Source: the human T2T-CHM13v2.0 reference genome, Homo sapiens
Length of the DNA: 64,000 nucleotides
Assembly: GCF_009914755.1 (NCBI RefSeq)
Contig: NC_060926.1
Reading direction: 5' to 3' (one strand)
This document shows positions 12,258 to 31,975 of the stretch, in pieces (position 1 is the first letter of the stretch; each line of letters begins with the position of its first letter). The notes beneath the pieces are model-generated. The model searched no databases and had not been told where the DNA came from. It saw nothing but the letters and a program-made list of their open reading frames with translations. The position numbers were made by a program, and so were the translations under genes.

Positions 12258-14479
12258 TTTCTCATAGGTTATCGGGGTACAGGTGGTGTTTGGTTACATG
12301 AGTAAGTTCTTTAGCTGTGATTTGTGCGATTTTGGTGCACCCATCACCCGAGCAGTAAACACTGCACCCTATTTGTTGTCTTTTATCCCTCGCCCCCTCC
12401 CACCCTTCCCCCCAAGCCCCCAAAGTCCATTGTATCATTCTTACACCTTTGCATCCTCATAGCTTAGCTCCCACATATCAGTGAGAACATACCATGTTTG
12501 GTTTTCCATTCCTGAGTTACTTCACTTGGAATAATAGTCTCCAGTCTCATCCAGGTTGCTGCGAATGCCATTAATTCATTCCTTTTTATGGCTGAGTAGT
12601 ATTCCATCGTGTATGTATAACACAGTTTCTTTGTCCACTCATTGATTGATGGGCACTTGGGTTGGTTCTACGATTTTGCCATTGCGAACTGTACCGCTAT
12701 AAACATGCATATGCAAGTATCTTTTTCGTATAATGACTTATTTTCCTCTGGGTAGACACCCAGTAGTGGGATTGCTGGATCAAATGGTAGTTCTATTTTT
12801 AGTCCTTGAAGGAATCTCCACACTATTTTCCATAATGGCTGTACTAGTTTACATTCCCACCAGCAGTGTAGAAGTGTTCCTTGATCACCGCATCCATGCC
12901 AACATCTACTGTTTTTTTAATGTTTTGATTATGGCCATTCTTGTAGGAGTAAGTTGGTATCGCATTATGGTTTTGATTTGCATTTCCCTGATCATTAGTG
13001 ACGTTGAGCATTTTTTCATATGTTTGTTGGCCATTTGTATATCTTCTTTTGAAAATTGTCTATTCATGTCTTTAGCCCACTTTTTGATGGGATTGTTTGT
13101 TTTATTCTTACTGATTTGTTTGAGTTTGTTGTAGATAGTGGATATTATTCTTTTGTCAGATATATAGACTGTGAAGACTTTTTCCCACTCTGTGGGTTGT
13201 CTGTTTACTCTGCTTACTGTTGCTTTTACCATGCAAAAGCTCTTTAGTTTAAATAAATCCCAGCTATTTGCTTTTGGGTTCTTGGTCATAAAATCCTTGA
13301 GTAAGCCAATGTCTAGAAGGGTTTTTCCAATGTTATCTTCCACAATTTTTAAAGTTTTGGGTCTTAGATTTAAGCCCTTTATCCATCTTCAGTTGATTTT
13401 TGAATAAGGTGAGAGATGAGGACCCAGTTTCTTTCTCCTACATGTGGCTATCCAATTATCCCAGCACCACTTGTTGAAAAGGGTGTTCTTTCCCTGCCTT
13501 ATATTTTTGTTTGCTTTGTCAAAGATCAGTTTGCTGTAAGTATTTGGGTTTATTTCGGGGTTCTCTATTTTGTTCCATTGGTCTATGTGCCTATTTTTTA
13601 CCAGTACCATGCTGTTTTGGTGACTATGGTCTTATAGTATAGTTTGAAATCAGGTAGTGTGATGCCTCCAGATTTGTTCTTTTTGCTTAGTCTTGCTTTG
13701 GCTATGTGGGCTCTTTTTTGGTTCCATATGAATTTTAGAATTGTTCTTTCTAATTCTGCAAAGAATGATGGTGGTATTTTGAAGCTGATTGCCTTGAATT
13801 TGTAGATTGCTTTTGGCAGTATAGCCATTTTCACAATATTGATTCTACCTATCCATAAGCATGGAATATGTTTCCATTTGTTTGCTTCGTCTATTATTTC
13901 TTTCAGCAGTGTTTCATAGTTTTCCTTGTAGAGGTCTTTCACCTTGGTTAGGTATATTTCTAACTATTTTATTTATTTATTTATTTATTTATTGATTGAT
14001 TGATTGATTGCAGCTCTTGTAATAAAAAAGCTGAGTTCTTGATTTGATTCTCCGCTTGGTCACTGTTGGTTTATAGAACAGCTACTGATTTGTGTACATT
14101 AATCTTGTGTCCAGAAGCTTTGCTGAATTCTTTTATCAGTTCTAGAAGCTTTCTGGAGGAGTCTTTAGGGTTTTCAAGGTAAACGATTATATCATCAGCA
14201 AACAGTGACTGTTTGACTTCCTCTTTACCAATATGGATGGCCTTTATTTCTTTCTCTTTTCTGATTGCTCTGGCTAGGACTTCCAGTACTACGTTGAAGA
14301 GGAATGGTGAGAGTGGGCATCCTTGTCTTGTTCCAGTTCCCAGAGGGAATGCTTTCAACTTTTTCCCATTCAGTATTATGTTGGCTGTGGGTTTGTCATA
14401 GATGGCTTTTATTACATTGAGGTATGTCTGATTTTGCTAAAAGTTTTAATTATAAACAGATGCTGGATTTTGTGGAATG
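12258..14479 (-). mobile_element. 5'-truncated L1PB (L1PB1-like) inserted in MER5A
   Basis: L1PB 3'UTR (GGGGTACAGGTGGTGTTTGGTTACATG); minus-strand ORF2 fragments such as [10 protein letters not shown] and [10 protein letters not shown]; TSD GGGC(T/A)TGGGTATTTT at 12243-12257 / 14480-14494. Confidence 0.9.
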
Positions 14480-14559
14480 GGGCATGGGTATTTTATTTTT
14501 AATTTGTCCAGGTAATTCCAACATGCAGCCAAATGGGAACCACTAGTCCAGTCCCATTG

Positions 14560-15200
14560 CCATGTTCCCAGAGCTGTCATCGTTTCTCACCTGAACTGAG
14601 CTAGAGCCTCCTGCTGGCTCTGCTTCCCCTAACAGTTCCCTCTGCCCCACTCCTTCTCCACAATGCAGTCAAAGTAATAAAACACAAGCTTAGTCGTGTC
14701 TTTTCCCTGCCAAAATGCCACCAATAGCTCCTCATTATCACAGGCTAATATTTACAAGTTCCCTAGCCTGACATCAAAAGCCACCCATGTTCTGGCCTCT
14801 TAGGGCCTCTGCACCTTTCTCTCTCCCTTTTGACCCCTAAGCTCCAGCCACACTCATGTCCTGGGTTCCCCCAAGTCACTAAGTCTTGCCCTTTGTTTTC
14901 CCACCTGCCTGGAATGCTCTTCCACCTGGCTAATGCCTTCCATTTAGTGCTTGCATGATCTGTGAAACCTTCCCTGACACTCTCCCCATGCCCAGGTGGG
15001 ACATAGGCCCTCCTCCTTTTCCAAAAACACACCAGTGCACCCCTCTTTCAGAGCACGTATCAGATTGTATTGTATTGCTTTCCATTGGTCCCCTTCTCGT
15101 GACTGTACCCATCTTATTCTCAGTCTCCCTGGGTCTTAATACAGTGCCCAGCATGTGTACAGTAGGGCATGATGAACGTCTGTTGAATGGATGAATAAGT
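14560..15200 (+). mobile_element. L2 3' portion
   Basis: GCCTGGAATGCTCTTCC...ACAGTGCCCAGCAT...TGTTGAATGGATGAAT. Confidence 0.7.
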
Positions 15201-15419
15201 GGATACCTGGCCTCTCCCTGCCATGCCCTTGCCCAGCGCCTGCTGTCTGGTTACCATTTACAAATGAGCTTGGCTCCCTCAGTTCTGGTGTTTCCTTACC
15301 TCCGTGTTCCATGTCTACTTCAATCCCAGAATAACTGTTTATACCAGAGCTCGTCCAGCCCATAATTGGGGCGAGAACAGGTGAGAGACTCATAGCTACT
15401 CTGGGCCCAGCACTTTCCA

Positions 15420-15610
15420 TTCTTTAACCCTCATGGAAGCAACACAAAGTCATCATTATCGCCTCCATCTTACAGCTGAGAAAACTGAGGCTCTGAGAGG
15501 TTGAAAATGACTTTCCTGAGGTCCCACAGCTAGGGGGTGACCGAGCCAAAACTGGAATCACAGAATCTGACTCCATGAGCTCCAGCCTTTCCTGCTGGGC
15601 CCTGTGCTCA
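15420..15610 (-). mobile_element. MIR
   Basis: CCATCTTACAGCTGAGAAAACTGAGGCTCTGAGAGGTT...GAGGTCCCACAGCTAG. Confidence 0.8.
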
Positions 15611-15658
15611 TCCACTAAAAGAGACAGGAGCTTGGTGAGTGGCTGTTTTGTGTTCTTT

Positions 15659-16554
15659 TGTGCGAGGATGAGTCCGTGTGGGCACAACAGGGGACACAGG
15701 GGAGGCTCAGGAAAACAAAGTTTATTATACTCACAGGTCCTAGAGACAGGAAGCATGATATGCCTTGCAGGGCCACAGGGGAAGACACCAGGGTGGTCAG
15801 GAGCCAGAAGACAGGAGTGAGGGCAAGGTTTAGACCAGAGCCTTCCTTGGTGTTTCTGTGGAAAAAGCAAGGTAGGGCAGGGTGAACAGTTTAGGATTGG
15901 CTAGTTTGAAGAATTTCAGTGGGCTCTAGGTTACAGGGGTGGTCCCTGGTTGCCTGGCACCTGGCCCTGGAGTGATGAACGCAGACAGACATTGTCTCCT
16001 GGGGTGTGTGGGTCAGATGAGGGAGGGCTCTGGTTGGTTAGTTTGCTAATCAAATGCTCTAGGGCCAGGTGTGGTAATCCCAGCACTTTGGAAGGCCAAG
16101 GTGGGAGAATCACTTGATCCCAGGAGTTTGAAACCAGCCTGGGCAACAAGGCGAAACCCTGTTTCTATCCCAATGTTTTTTTAATTTGCTGGGTGTAGTG
16201 GTGCATGCCTGTGACCCCAGCTACCCAGGAGGCTAAGGTGGGAGGATGGCTTGAGCCCAGGAAGTCAAGGCTGCATTAAGCCATGTTCATACCACTGCAC
16301 TCCAGTCTGGGCGACAGAGTAAATGAGACCCTCTCTCAAAAAAAACAAAAAGAGAAACAAACAAACATAAAAAATAAATAAATAAATAAATAAATAAATA
16401 AACAAAGACCACGCTCCAGGCTGGGCCTTTTGTTATCTCTAGGAATTGGCTAGCCCCAGAGGGGCAGTCTCCCCTGGACCCAAAATGGGTTTAATGTTTG
16501 ATGATGTCAAAACATCATAATATACAGAAAATTTAAGAATATATTTGCAATACA
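15659..16554 (-). mobile_element. ERVL-class LTR (MER54/MER74-like) containing AluJ 16063-16403 (+)
   Basis: AAGTTTATTATACTCACAGGTCCTAGAG motif, ends AATACA; Alu with GGAGGATGGCTTGAGCCCAGG (J-type) and (AAAT)n tail. Confidence 0.6.
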
Positions 16555-17644
16555 GTGGGGAAGGAGGAATGGCTGCTGGAGACACAGGCTGACAATGTGA
16601 CTCACCTCCCAGGAATGAACCTGAGGAAGCCCTCTAATTCCACAGCCATCAGCTTTTCACAATCAGTAATGCCACGCTCCATCAGACATCCTAAGAATGT
16701 GTGGCCCATGTGGATGAGAGGGGTTGCCACTTTTATTCAAAAATGTATCACGAATGCTTAGAACAGTGCCTGGGATAAGGTAGACAGACATTTATAAAGT
16801 GGAAAAATATTTACTGATTTAATGAAAAAAGAGTGAATTAACAATGACCCTATTAAAATAACTCAGTGTAGTCCTTTTCACTACTGTTGTTTAAGGACCC
16901 TGTTTCAACACAGTTGTTTAAGGAACCTTTACATAAGGGTGGAAATTTTTGTTCCTCTTTCTCCTCTGTGATGTTTTTCTTCCTCTTTTCTCAGGTGAAG
17001 ACTGAAAATTCTAAGTTCTCACTGGGCAGAAATGGACATCAAGATCTTCAGATGAAAAGGCCCCTTAATAAGTCGGGGGAAAAAGTCCTCATAGTACTTT
17101 AATTCTAAAGTAGTAATCCCATGTGTGCAAGTGTCTGTGCCACCTTGGGAAACTGTGAAGCTTTGTGGCTGTTTATAAACTTGATAATTGGTTCTAACAC
17201 TCAATGCCTGTTGGGAAGGGCTGCTATTCATCACCTTGACTCTGACTTTCAAGTCCTCCCTTAGTCTGACCTTGTGTTGTCATCTCATGATGCCAATGCC
17301 ATTGGGATTGGCCCAAATTATTCTTATCCAAACAAAACATAAGCAAGAAAGACCTCTTCTATGACTTTGTAATCTAACAGAACTGAAGAGATGAGTGACT
17401 GGGTTCTGGTTCGCCTTGGCCAGAGCTGTGTGTCCTTCTTATACCTCACTGCTCCTCAATTTCTGAATGTCTGAAAAAGCCAGCTGATAGATACTATAGA
17501 TACTTATTCTGCCTAGCCCAAAAGAAAGCCAAGAGAATAATTATAGAATGCAAATACGAAAAAGAGAGTTAGATGAGGCCTCACAGGTCAGCTAAATTTG
17601 GCAAGACTTCCAATTTACAAGTGAGAAACTTGAGGTGCAGTGGT

Positions 17645-18010
17645 GTGTGCTCATTTGTTATTGCTCCGTAACAAATTACTGCAGACTTGGAGGCTTGAAA
17701 CGGCACAAATTTATTCTCTTACAATTCTGGGAGTCAGAAGCTGGAAATGAGTCTTATGGGGCTGAAATCATCTTATGGGGGTGTCAGCAAAGCTGATTTT
17801 CTCTGGAGACTCCAGGAGAGAATTTGTTTCCTTGCATCCTCCAGCTTCTAAAGGTGGCCGTCACTCCTTGGCTCCTGGCTGAATTGCTCCAATCTCTGTT
17901 TTTATTGCCAGTTAGCCTTCTTCTCTCTGACTCTGATTCCCCTGCTTTCTTCTTATAAGGATCTTTGTGATTAAAATAAAGCCACCCAGATAAGCCAGGA
18001 TAATCTCAAG
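17645..18010 (-). mobile_element. MLT1C/D MaLR LTR fragment
   Basis: TTGCTCCGTAACAAATTAC...AAATTTATTCTCTTACAATTCTGG...CCAGGATAATCTC. Confidence 0.75.
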
Positions 18011-19399
18011 GTGAAACAGACAGAAATCGATGACAGAGCCTATGCTGGCTTGTGTCAGCAGGAAGGACAGGGTGCACCAGGTGTGGCAGACCCTGAACTG
18101 CATCACTGTTGTTAGACTGCTGTTTACTCTCTCCACGCCTTGCTGCTGTCACTTCCTGAATGTCGGCATACTGTATATTACCTCCGAAGGGTCTTTCCCA
18201 CATGGCAGGAAAGATGAATGCTGACAGCCCTAGATTTGAATCCTTCTAAAAACTCGAGAGGCAGGAGGCTGTCCTTTCCCTTAGTTTCTATAAAACAGTC
18301 CCAAGGAAGGGCTCTAATTATCCTGGCTTGATAATGTATGCAAAGTTCAAGTCTGGCAGGAGGTTTTGCACAAACCCAGCTTCCAGAGTTCTGCGAGGGT
18401 TCTTACTCTGGGGCTCAAAGCAGCCCTGGCTGCTGCAGCAGTCCCCACGCCATCAGGACAGTTGCAAGGAGAAAAAAGGAGCCCCAATCCCTCACCACTT
18501 GCATTTTTTGGTCTAGTCTGGGAAGACAGAACATTGGCACAATTTATGAAAAGCAACTTTGTTACTCACAGTTAAGCAGCAAAAATCAACAGAAACCCAG
18601 GGTCCACCATGAGCAGTTCCCCAGGGTTCAGGAATGCTGCCAAGGGCAGATGCAGTCTAAGCATGCCTCACATTACACTCTAGCTGAGGGACTCTGAAAG
18701 CACTCCATCCTGGGTTTATATACCCTGGGTACCACTTGGACCACTGAATGCAAGCACTGCAGAACATCCTATTCTAGAAGGAATAAGAATGTAGCCTGGA
18801 TTGCTCCAGACATTTCCTCCTTATTACAGGATTTTCAGTAGTTTCTGTCTAGGAATGAAAAGCAAGAAGGGGAAGAGCTGGGTCGGCCAAGGTCATCCAG
18901 GGACTTATGTTCCTGCAATGTGCTCATTTCTGAGCCAATCTCTGTAACCAGCCAGGGATGGTGCCCTGGTTCAGCCTGGGTCATGTGTCCACACTGTGGG
19001 CAAAGCTGGAGGGCAGGATTACTATCAGGAGAAGGCACAGGAAGAAAATCATGCTGGGCAAGGCAAATTCATGGTTACCTCAGCCTCCAGCTTGTCTGAG
19101 AGTGTCCCATGGCCATGGTTCATGATGGGTGATGGGCAACCAGGATGAGACAGAAGCCAGGGAAAGAATGAAGATAAAGAAGAGTGGGCCCAGAGGAGCA
19201 CAGCCCATGAGATTGCACCTCTGGTCCTTGGGAGGCAGTGGTTTCAAAGAGGGGCACTGCAGATGAACACTCCCAACACGGCTAAGGAGGTCAGAGACAT
19301 GCCACATCTCTAGGACAAGATGAAGTGGGGACAGCCACCTCCAGCTTCACGCTCCCGCTCAGCAAAATATGGACAATAGTTCTGGATTCATAGGGCTTG

Positions 19400-19810
19400 T
19401 CTGAAGTTCTATAGAAGCAGGACCTGAGACACAGATTCTTGGTGCAAGTGATCTCAGAAAGAGAATGTGAGTGGCAAGATAGAAAGAAAAAGGAAGCCAA
19501 GAAAAATGTAGATTCAGCTGCATTTTAACCTCTCAGTCTGATCCCACCTCAGCCTGATCCCACCATAGCATGAAGAACACCACAAAGTTATGCAACCTTG
19601 AGACAAGGCACCAGACTTTTGCACCCCATATCTGTCACTCATTGTCTGTGGCCACCCCTAGGGGGAAAGCAGGCATTTCTAGGCAAGGTGGCTCCCCTTA
19701 GCTGAGCATTCAGAAGAAGGAAGCAGCTGCAACCTGTGAGCAGCCAACACTCAGCTACGGGGTGGTGCCTGGCAGATTAAAGTGTATCTGGTGGGGGCCC
19801 CAACTATACC
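19400..19810 (-). mobile_element. LTR16-like ERVL LTR
   Basis: AGAAGCAGGACCTGAGACACAGATTCTTGGTGCAAGTGAT motif. Confidence 0.5.
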
Positions 19811-20829
19811 CCTTATGGGGCTATTGTGAGATAATGAAGCTCAAGTCCTATCACAAGGCTGGGAGTTATCATTGTCATCATCATTATCTTATCCCTGTTG
19901 TAGAGAAGTAATAAATAGTAAGCATCACATAACACATGCCTCTTGGCTGGCTGCTGCACAGACATACATAGGCAGTAGGAATGTACACAGTCCTTTGTTC
20001 ATATCCTGTGCCACCCCTGCCATGGACTAGTTATGTGATTTGGGGTGCCAAATTTAGCCCCCTTGAGCCTCAGGGTTCTAATCCATAAAATGGGCTAGGT
20101 AACCAGAGCTGGGCTGTTGCAAGGATGACATGAGGTCATCCCCATGGTGCTCTAGGTGCGGTTCTTGGAACAGAAGAAAGCATTCAAGTGACTGTGGGTC
20201 ATCAGCTTCTGTGGTCAGACAGTCTAAAGCTTCAGCTGACACACATGGAGGCCAAGAAGACACTGGCTTCACGAAAGGCAGTAATATGACTGTGTATTAT
20301 GTAAAAGATGAAGCCAACTGTGTTTAAGGAAGCAAATCCATTTTCAAAAAGAGGATGTGAAAACAAAGCCTCTAAAGACGTCTGTCTGTTACTCATCAAG
20401 ACTGTGCCACGGATAGGGCCTTTGCTGTACAGCACCTCCTCAAATGCTCACACAGGCCACCGCTCAGAACAAAGGGGCCTCACCCTGGGCTTCCACAGAG
20501 ATTTGTCAGCCCGAGGCCACCACCTTTAATTTGGTGGATCAGCTTTTCCTGCCTGTAATCAAAGAGGATAGGATGTGTGTCGAGGTATAGATTAGTTGGG
20601 GCTGCCCTGCCCCGCACCCTAATAAAGGTGTAGCCATGAACCTTATTTAGTCTCTCCTAAGCCTCATTTCCTTCTTAGTTAACGGGGGAAAATAATATTT
20701 GCATTTAGGATTATTTTAGAGAACTAAATGAAATGGTATTTGTGAACACTTAAATCAGTACCTGGTCTTACATCAGTCCATTTGAATCAGCACCTGCTGC
20801 CAAAAAGCAACTATTATTGTGGTTATTGA

Positions 20830-21765
20830 TGTTCATTTTTTCAACCAGTATTTACTGTCTACCATGTGACAACATTGATTTTGGTGGTGGGAAGACATTG
20901 GCAAGAAAAAAACATGAGGGTCCTGTGCATAAGAAGCTTACATTCAAGCGAGGAGAGATAGTTAACATAGAACCACGAAAACCTACAGGATGCGATAGTC
21001 ACATAGAGAATTAAAATAGGACGATGAGACAGAGTGATGGAATAGATCCCTGAGTCTGGCCTCTACTTTAGAAAGGCCTCTCTAAGAGGTGAGGTTCAGG
21101 CTGAGATCCAAAAACCCAGATGAGGCCAGGCACGGTGGCTCATGCCTGTAATCCCAGCACTTTGGGAGGCCAAGGCAGACGGATCGCCTGAGGTCAGGAG
21201 TTCGAGACCAGCCTGGCCAACCATGGCCAACATGGTGAAACTAAAACACTCTTCTCTACTAAAAACACAAAAACTAGCCAGGCATGGTGGCACATGCCTG
21301 TAATCTCAGCTACTCGGGAGGCTGAGGCAGGAGAATTGCTTGAACCCAGGAGGCAGAGGCTGCAGTGAGCTGAGATCATGCCACTATACTCCAGCTTGAG
21401 CAACAGAGTGAGACTTCGTCTCAAAAAGAAAACAAAAACCCAGATGAGCAGCATCACTGGCGAAATCACCTGGGGAAAGTATGTTTCAGAGGGAGTGCAA
21501 AGGCCCTGAAGTAAAACAGTTAGGCATAGTGGGAACAGGCTCAGTATGTTTAAGGGACACACAAAAGGCCAGGGTGGCTGGAGTATGGTGGGGAAGGGGA
21601 GTGGTCAGAGGAGAGATGAGTTTGGAACAGTGGACAGAAAAGACCATTTAGTTTCATAGACCAAGGTAAAGAGTTTAGCTCTTAATCTAAATGGGATAGA
21701 AAGCAACAGAAGGGTTTTAAGCTAAAAAGATATAATCTGAAACAGGCTTTTAAAAGGTCACCTGG
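20830..21765 (-). mobile_element. L2 (resumes ~25225-25400), interrupted by Alus and L1s
   Basis: GTGCAAAGGCCCTGAAG...AGGCCAGGGTGGCTGGAG...TTTTAAAAGGTCACCTGG; next L2 segment GCTGTTGTAGTGATCTAAGGTG...GGTGGTAGTG at ~25250. Confidence 0.65.
21124..21434 (+). mobile_element. AluS with small internal duplication
   Basis: TSD AAAAACCCAGATGA; TGGCCAACCA-TGGCCAACA repeated at ~21214-21232. Confidence 0.95.
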
Positions 21766-22095
<330 letters not shown>

Positions 22096-22427
22096 GTTTG
22101 CCTGGATAATTTCATCCAATATTTAAGGAAGCAGTTACAACATCCCACATATATATCTTTCAGAAAATTGAACATGTGGGAATACTTCCCAATTTGTCAT
22201 ATGAAGCTGGCATTATCCTACCAACAAAGCCAAATACAGCAGGAAAAGAAGACTAAAATCTAATGAATAATAACCCTATGAACATATGCACAAAAATCCT
22301 CAACAAAATGTGAGAAAGCTGAATCCAGCAACATGTAAAAAGTGTTATGTACCATGATCAAGAAATTTATCCCAGGAATGTGAGGTTAGTAACATCTAAA
22401 AATCAATTAATGAACTGCAACATATTA

Positions 22428-23796
<1,369 letters not shown>

Positions 23797-26700
23797 TCAC
23801 AGTGCTCTCCACAAGCCCATGCAGCTGATCAGACTTCCCTGTGAGCCCAGCCTTTCCTTTGTTTCAGGCTGACATCATTAGTGACTTTTCCTCTGATCCT
23901 CCAGCTGCAGCCTTCCAGAACTCTCCTCTTCCAGCTCCACCGACAATCTAATTCCAATATAAAACCTGTTAATACTTTTTAGAAAATAATGCATTTGAAA
24001 AAATCCAACTCCCATTCATGACAAAACCTCTCAGCAAAATAGGAAAAGAAAGGAACTTCCTTAATCTGATAAAGGGTATCTATGCAAAACCTACAGCTAA
24101 CTTCATATTTAATATGAAATACTGTTAAGACTGGTAGTAAAGCAAAGGTGTCACCTCTCATTATTTTTATTCAACATGGTATTAGAATATCTTATCACTG
24201 CAATAAGGCAACAAAAAAACAAAACATCTAGATTGGAAAGGAGGAAGTAAAGCTGTTTTTATTTACAGATAACATGATTCTGTATGCAGAAAATCCCAAG
24301 GAATCTATCATCAAAACAAAACCCAAAAACCCATACTACTAGAACTAATAAATTCAGTAATAAGATAAACAATCCCATTTTTAAATGGGAAAGGAATTTG
24401 AATAGGCCATTTCACCAAAAATTAGATGTTCAATAGCTAACAAGCACATGAAAAGATGCTTAATATCATCAGTCATTAGAGAAATGCAAATTAAAATCAA
24501 AATGAGATGCTACAACACACATCTACTACTAGTGTCAAAAAGACTGACAATATTAGGCATTGGCAAGGATGTGGAGAAACCTTATACATTGCTGATGGGA
24601 ACATAATATAGTACCATCACTCTGGAAAGTATTTTGGCAGTTTCTTAAAAAGTTAAGTATATACTTATCATATGATTCAGCAATTCTACTCCTAGATATT
24701 TACTCAAAAGTAATAAAAATATATGTCCACACAAAGACTTGTATGCAAAAATTCACAGAAGCATTATCCATAGTAGCCCAAAACTGGAAATAATAAAATT
24801 TTTCATCAACTAGTGAATGAATAATCAAAATTTGATGTATCCATACAAAGGAATACTGTTGAGCAAAAAAAGGAACAAACTACTGATACATGCTACAACC
24901 TGGATGAATCTCAAAAACATTTTACCAAGTGAAAAAAATCAGACATAAGCAACCACATATAGTATTATTCCATGTATGTGAAATTCCAGAAAAGGCTAAT
25001 CTATACAGTCAGAAACAAGATTTAATGGTTGCCTAGGCTGGGCGTGGGCACTGGACTGACCAAAAATGGGTCAACCCTGTTTGGAAGACATGGAAATGTT
25101 CTCAAATTAGATTATGGTGAAAGTTGTACAACTCTACAAATTTACTAAAAACAATTGATTTGTACACTTACAATGGATGAAATTTATGAAGATAACATAT
25201 ACCTTAATACAGCTGTTTAGAAAACTGGGGGTAATTAGTAGGGGAATGGAGCTGTTGTAGTGATCTAAGGTGAAGGTGATGGCTTAAGCCAACATGGTGG
25301 TAGTGAGGATAGTGAGAACTGATGGGATTCTGGTGTTAGTAAAGTTGACCAGACTTGCTAACAATGAAACACATAGTGAGGAAAGAAGATAGAGAGGAAC
25401 TGTGGGAATAGAGGTGGTGATAGTTGTGGTTATATTTTGACCTGGAAAAGACAGGCTTTGTGGTTAAATTCTGAGGGTTCATTATCACCCACAGCTGAGA
25501 GCCCTGGCTGATGTGTGGGTGGAGGCAAGAGGAGGTATATGTGTGTGCATGTTGGGTGAGGGGCAGGAGGGCCCTTCCTGTAAGTACAGATTCCTGGGCT
25601 CTGCTTCTACTGAATCAGGACTGCTAGTGGTTGTTGCTATAATCCACATTAAAAAAGAAAAAGTTCCCTCAGGCAATTCAGAAGCACAGCAAGATTTGTA
25701 CATTAATTTGCTATATGCATTATTTTGAAAGTGTTACAATGTGTGATTTTAAAAAATTAATTCCTATAGTCTAATGTTCATCTTTAGTGTCAAGAGTATA
25801 GATATCCTGTTCCCATTCACATTGGTTTGGCCCTAAGAAAGCCAACATCAAAAGTCTTTCCCGTAGTTCAAAAACGGAACTTCACAGAAAACCAAAAACA
25901 AATATACAGCATAAGACTATCACCAGCAATATCCCAGAACTCAAATATGAAAAAGAGACAGTTCCTGGGGCCACAGAGAAGTGAAAATTTTCTGAGCAGA
26001 AACAGACTGTTCTCGCTAAGAATCTGCCACATCCTTCCCAGCAGTCTGCCCAGCACCCAGCATGAGGGAACCTCTCCACCCCACAACTCACAGTTTCTAC
26101 AGCGGAAAAAGTGAGATGAAGGTGGACAACCAGCTTCCCTGCTATCCTGAGTTCTCTGGCAGGAGAATTATCCCTGCCTCCATCCATGGGAAGCATCAAG
26201 AATGCCTGGTGGGAGAAATATCCCTGAGAACAGCCAGAGACAAACAGGGGAAGTAGGGTCACTATCCCTAGCCATGGAAACTGCTCTGTAACTTGGCCAA
26301 AAGAGATGCCAAATCAAAGTGGCTTTTCAACAGAATCACTCTGTGGGAGATTCATTCCACAGGGACACAAACCCCTAGTCAGCCTCCCCATACTTCTGGG
26401 ATAATCCCTTTGGGACATCCCCGACTCAGGTCAGGTGGCATTCTGATTGTTTAACCAGAACTGAGGCAAACCTGGAATTAAGGTGTCATCTAGCGCTAAA
26501 AAGAGAGCAGTTACCTAGTAGGGGAGAAAAAGAAAGAAAGAAAATTGCAAAGAATCTCTAAGCAAACATATACAATAAGAAGCAAAATGAGCCAGAGAGG
26601 ACTGGAATAAACAATTAATCCTTCAATATAAAGACATAGATGTATGTCCACGAGAAAGAACAGCAAACAGGGAATGATGCCTTCCCAAACGAACAAAGCA

Positions 26701-27113
26701 AATGAGCGCCCTAATGAAATGGTGGTATGTGAACTCTCTGACCAAGAATTTAAAATAGCAGTTTTTTTCTTTTTTTTTTTTTTTGAGATTTTGTTTTAAT
26801 ATACTTTAAGTTCTGGGGTACATGTGCACAACGTGGAGGTTTGTTACATATGTATACATGTGCCATGTTGGTGTGCTGCACCCATTAACTCATCATTTAC
26901 ATTAGGTATATCTCCTAATGCTATCCCTCCCACCTCCCCCCACCCCACGACAGGCCCCGGTGTGTGATGTTCCCCACCCTGTGTCCAAGTGTTCTCATTG
27001 TTCAATTCCCACCTATGAGTGAGAATATGTGGTGTTTGGTTTTCTGTCCTTGCTATAGTTTGCTGAGAATGATGGTTTCCAGCTTCATCAATGTCCCTAC
27101 AAAGGACACGAAC

Positions 27114-30770
<3,657 letters not shown>

Positions 30771-31975
30771 ATTTAGCCCATTTACATTTAAGGTTAATAT
30801 TGTTATGTGTGAATCTGATCCTGTCATTATGATGTTAGCTGGTTATTTTGCTCATTAGTTGATACAATTTCTTCCTAGCATTGATGGTCTTTACAATTTG
30901 GCATGTTTTTGCAGTGGCTTGTACTGGTTGTTCCTTTCCATGTTTAGTGCTTCCTTCAGGAGCTCTTGTAAGGCAGGCCTGGTGGTGACAAAATCTCTCA
31001 GCATTTGTTGGTCTGTAAAGGATTTCATTTCTCCTTCACTTATGAAGCTTAGTTTGGCTGGATATGAAATTCTGGGTTGAAAATTCTTTTCTTAAAGAAT
31101 GTTGAATATTAGCCCCCACTCTCTTCTGGCTTGTAGAGTTTCTGCCAAGCGACCAGCTGTTAGTCTGATGGGCTTCCCATTGTGGGTAACCCGACCTTTC
31201 TCTCTGGCTGCCCTTAACATTTTTTTCTTTCATTTCAGCTTTGGTGAATCTGACAATTATGTGTCTTGGAGTTGCTCTTCTCGAGGAGTATCTTTGTGGT
31301 GTTCTCTGCATTTCCTGAATTTGAATGTTGGCCTGCCTTGCTAGGTTGAGGAAGTTCTCCTGGATAATATCCTGAAGAGTGTTTTCCAACTTAGTTCCAT
31401 TCTCCCCGTCACTTTCAGGTACACCAATCAGACACAGATTTGGTCTTTTCACATAGTCCCATATGTCTTAGAGGCTTTGTTAGTTTCTTTCTACTCTTTT
31501 TACTCTAAACTTCTCGCTTCATTTCTTTCATTTCATCTTCAATCACTGATACCCTTTCTTCCACTTGATCAAATCCGCTACTGAAACTTGTGCATGCATC
31601 ACATAGTTCTCATGCCTTGGTTTTCAGCTCCATCAGGTCATTTAAGGACTTCTCTACACTGTTTATTTTAGTTAGCCATTCATCTAATCTCTTTTCAAGG
31701 TTTTTAGCTTCTTTGCGATGGGTTCGAACATCCTCCTTTAGCTCGGAGAAGTTTGTTATTACTGATCGTCTGAAGCCTTCTTCTCTAAACTCGTCAAAGT
31801 CATTCTCTGTCCAGCTTTGTTCCGTTGCTGGCGAGGAGCTGCATTCCTTTGGAGGAGAAGGGGTGCTCTAATTTCTAGAATTTTCAGCTTTTCTGCTCTG
31901 GTTTCTCCCATCTTTGTGGTTTTATCTACCTTTGGTCTTTGATTATGGCGAAGTACAGTTGGGGTTTTGGTGTGG

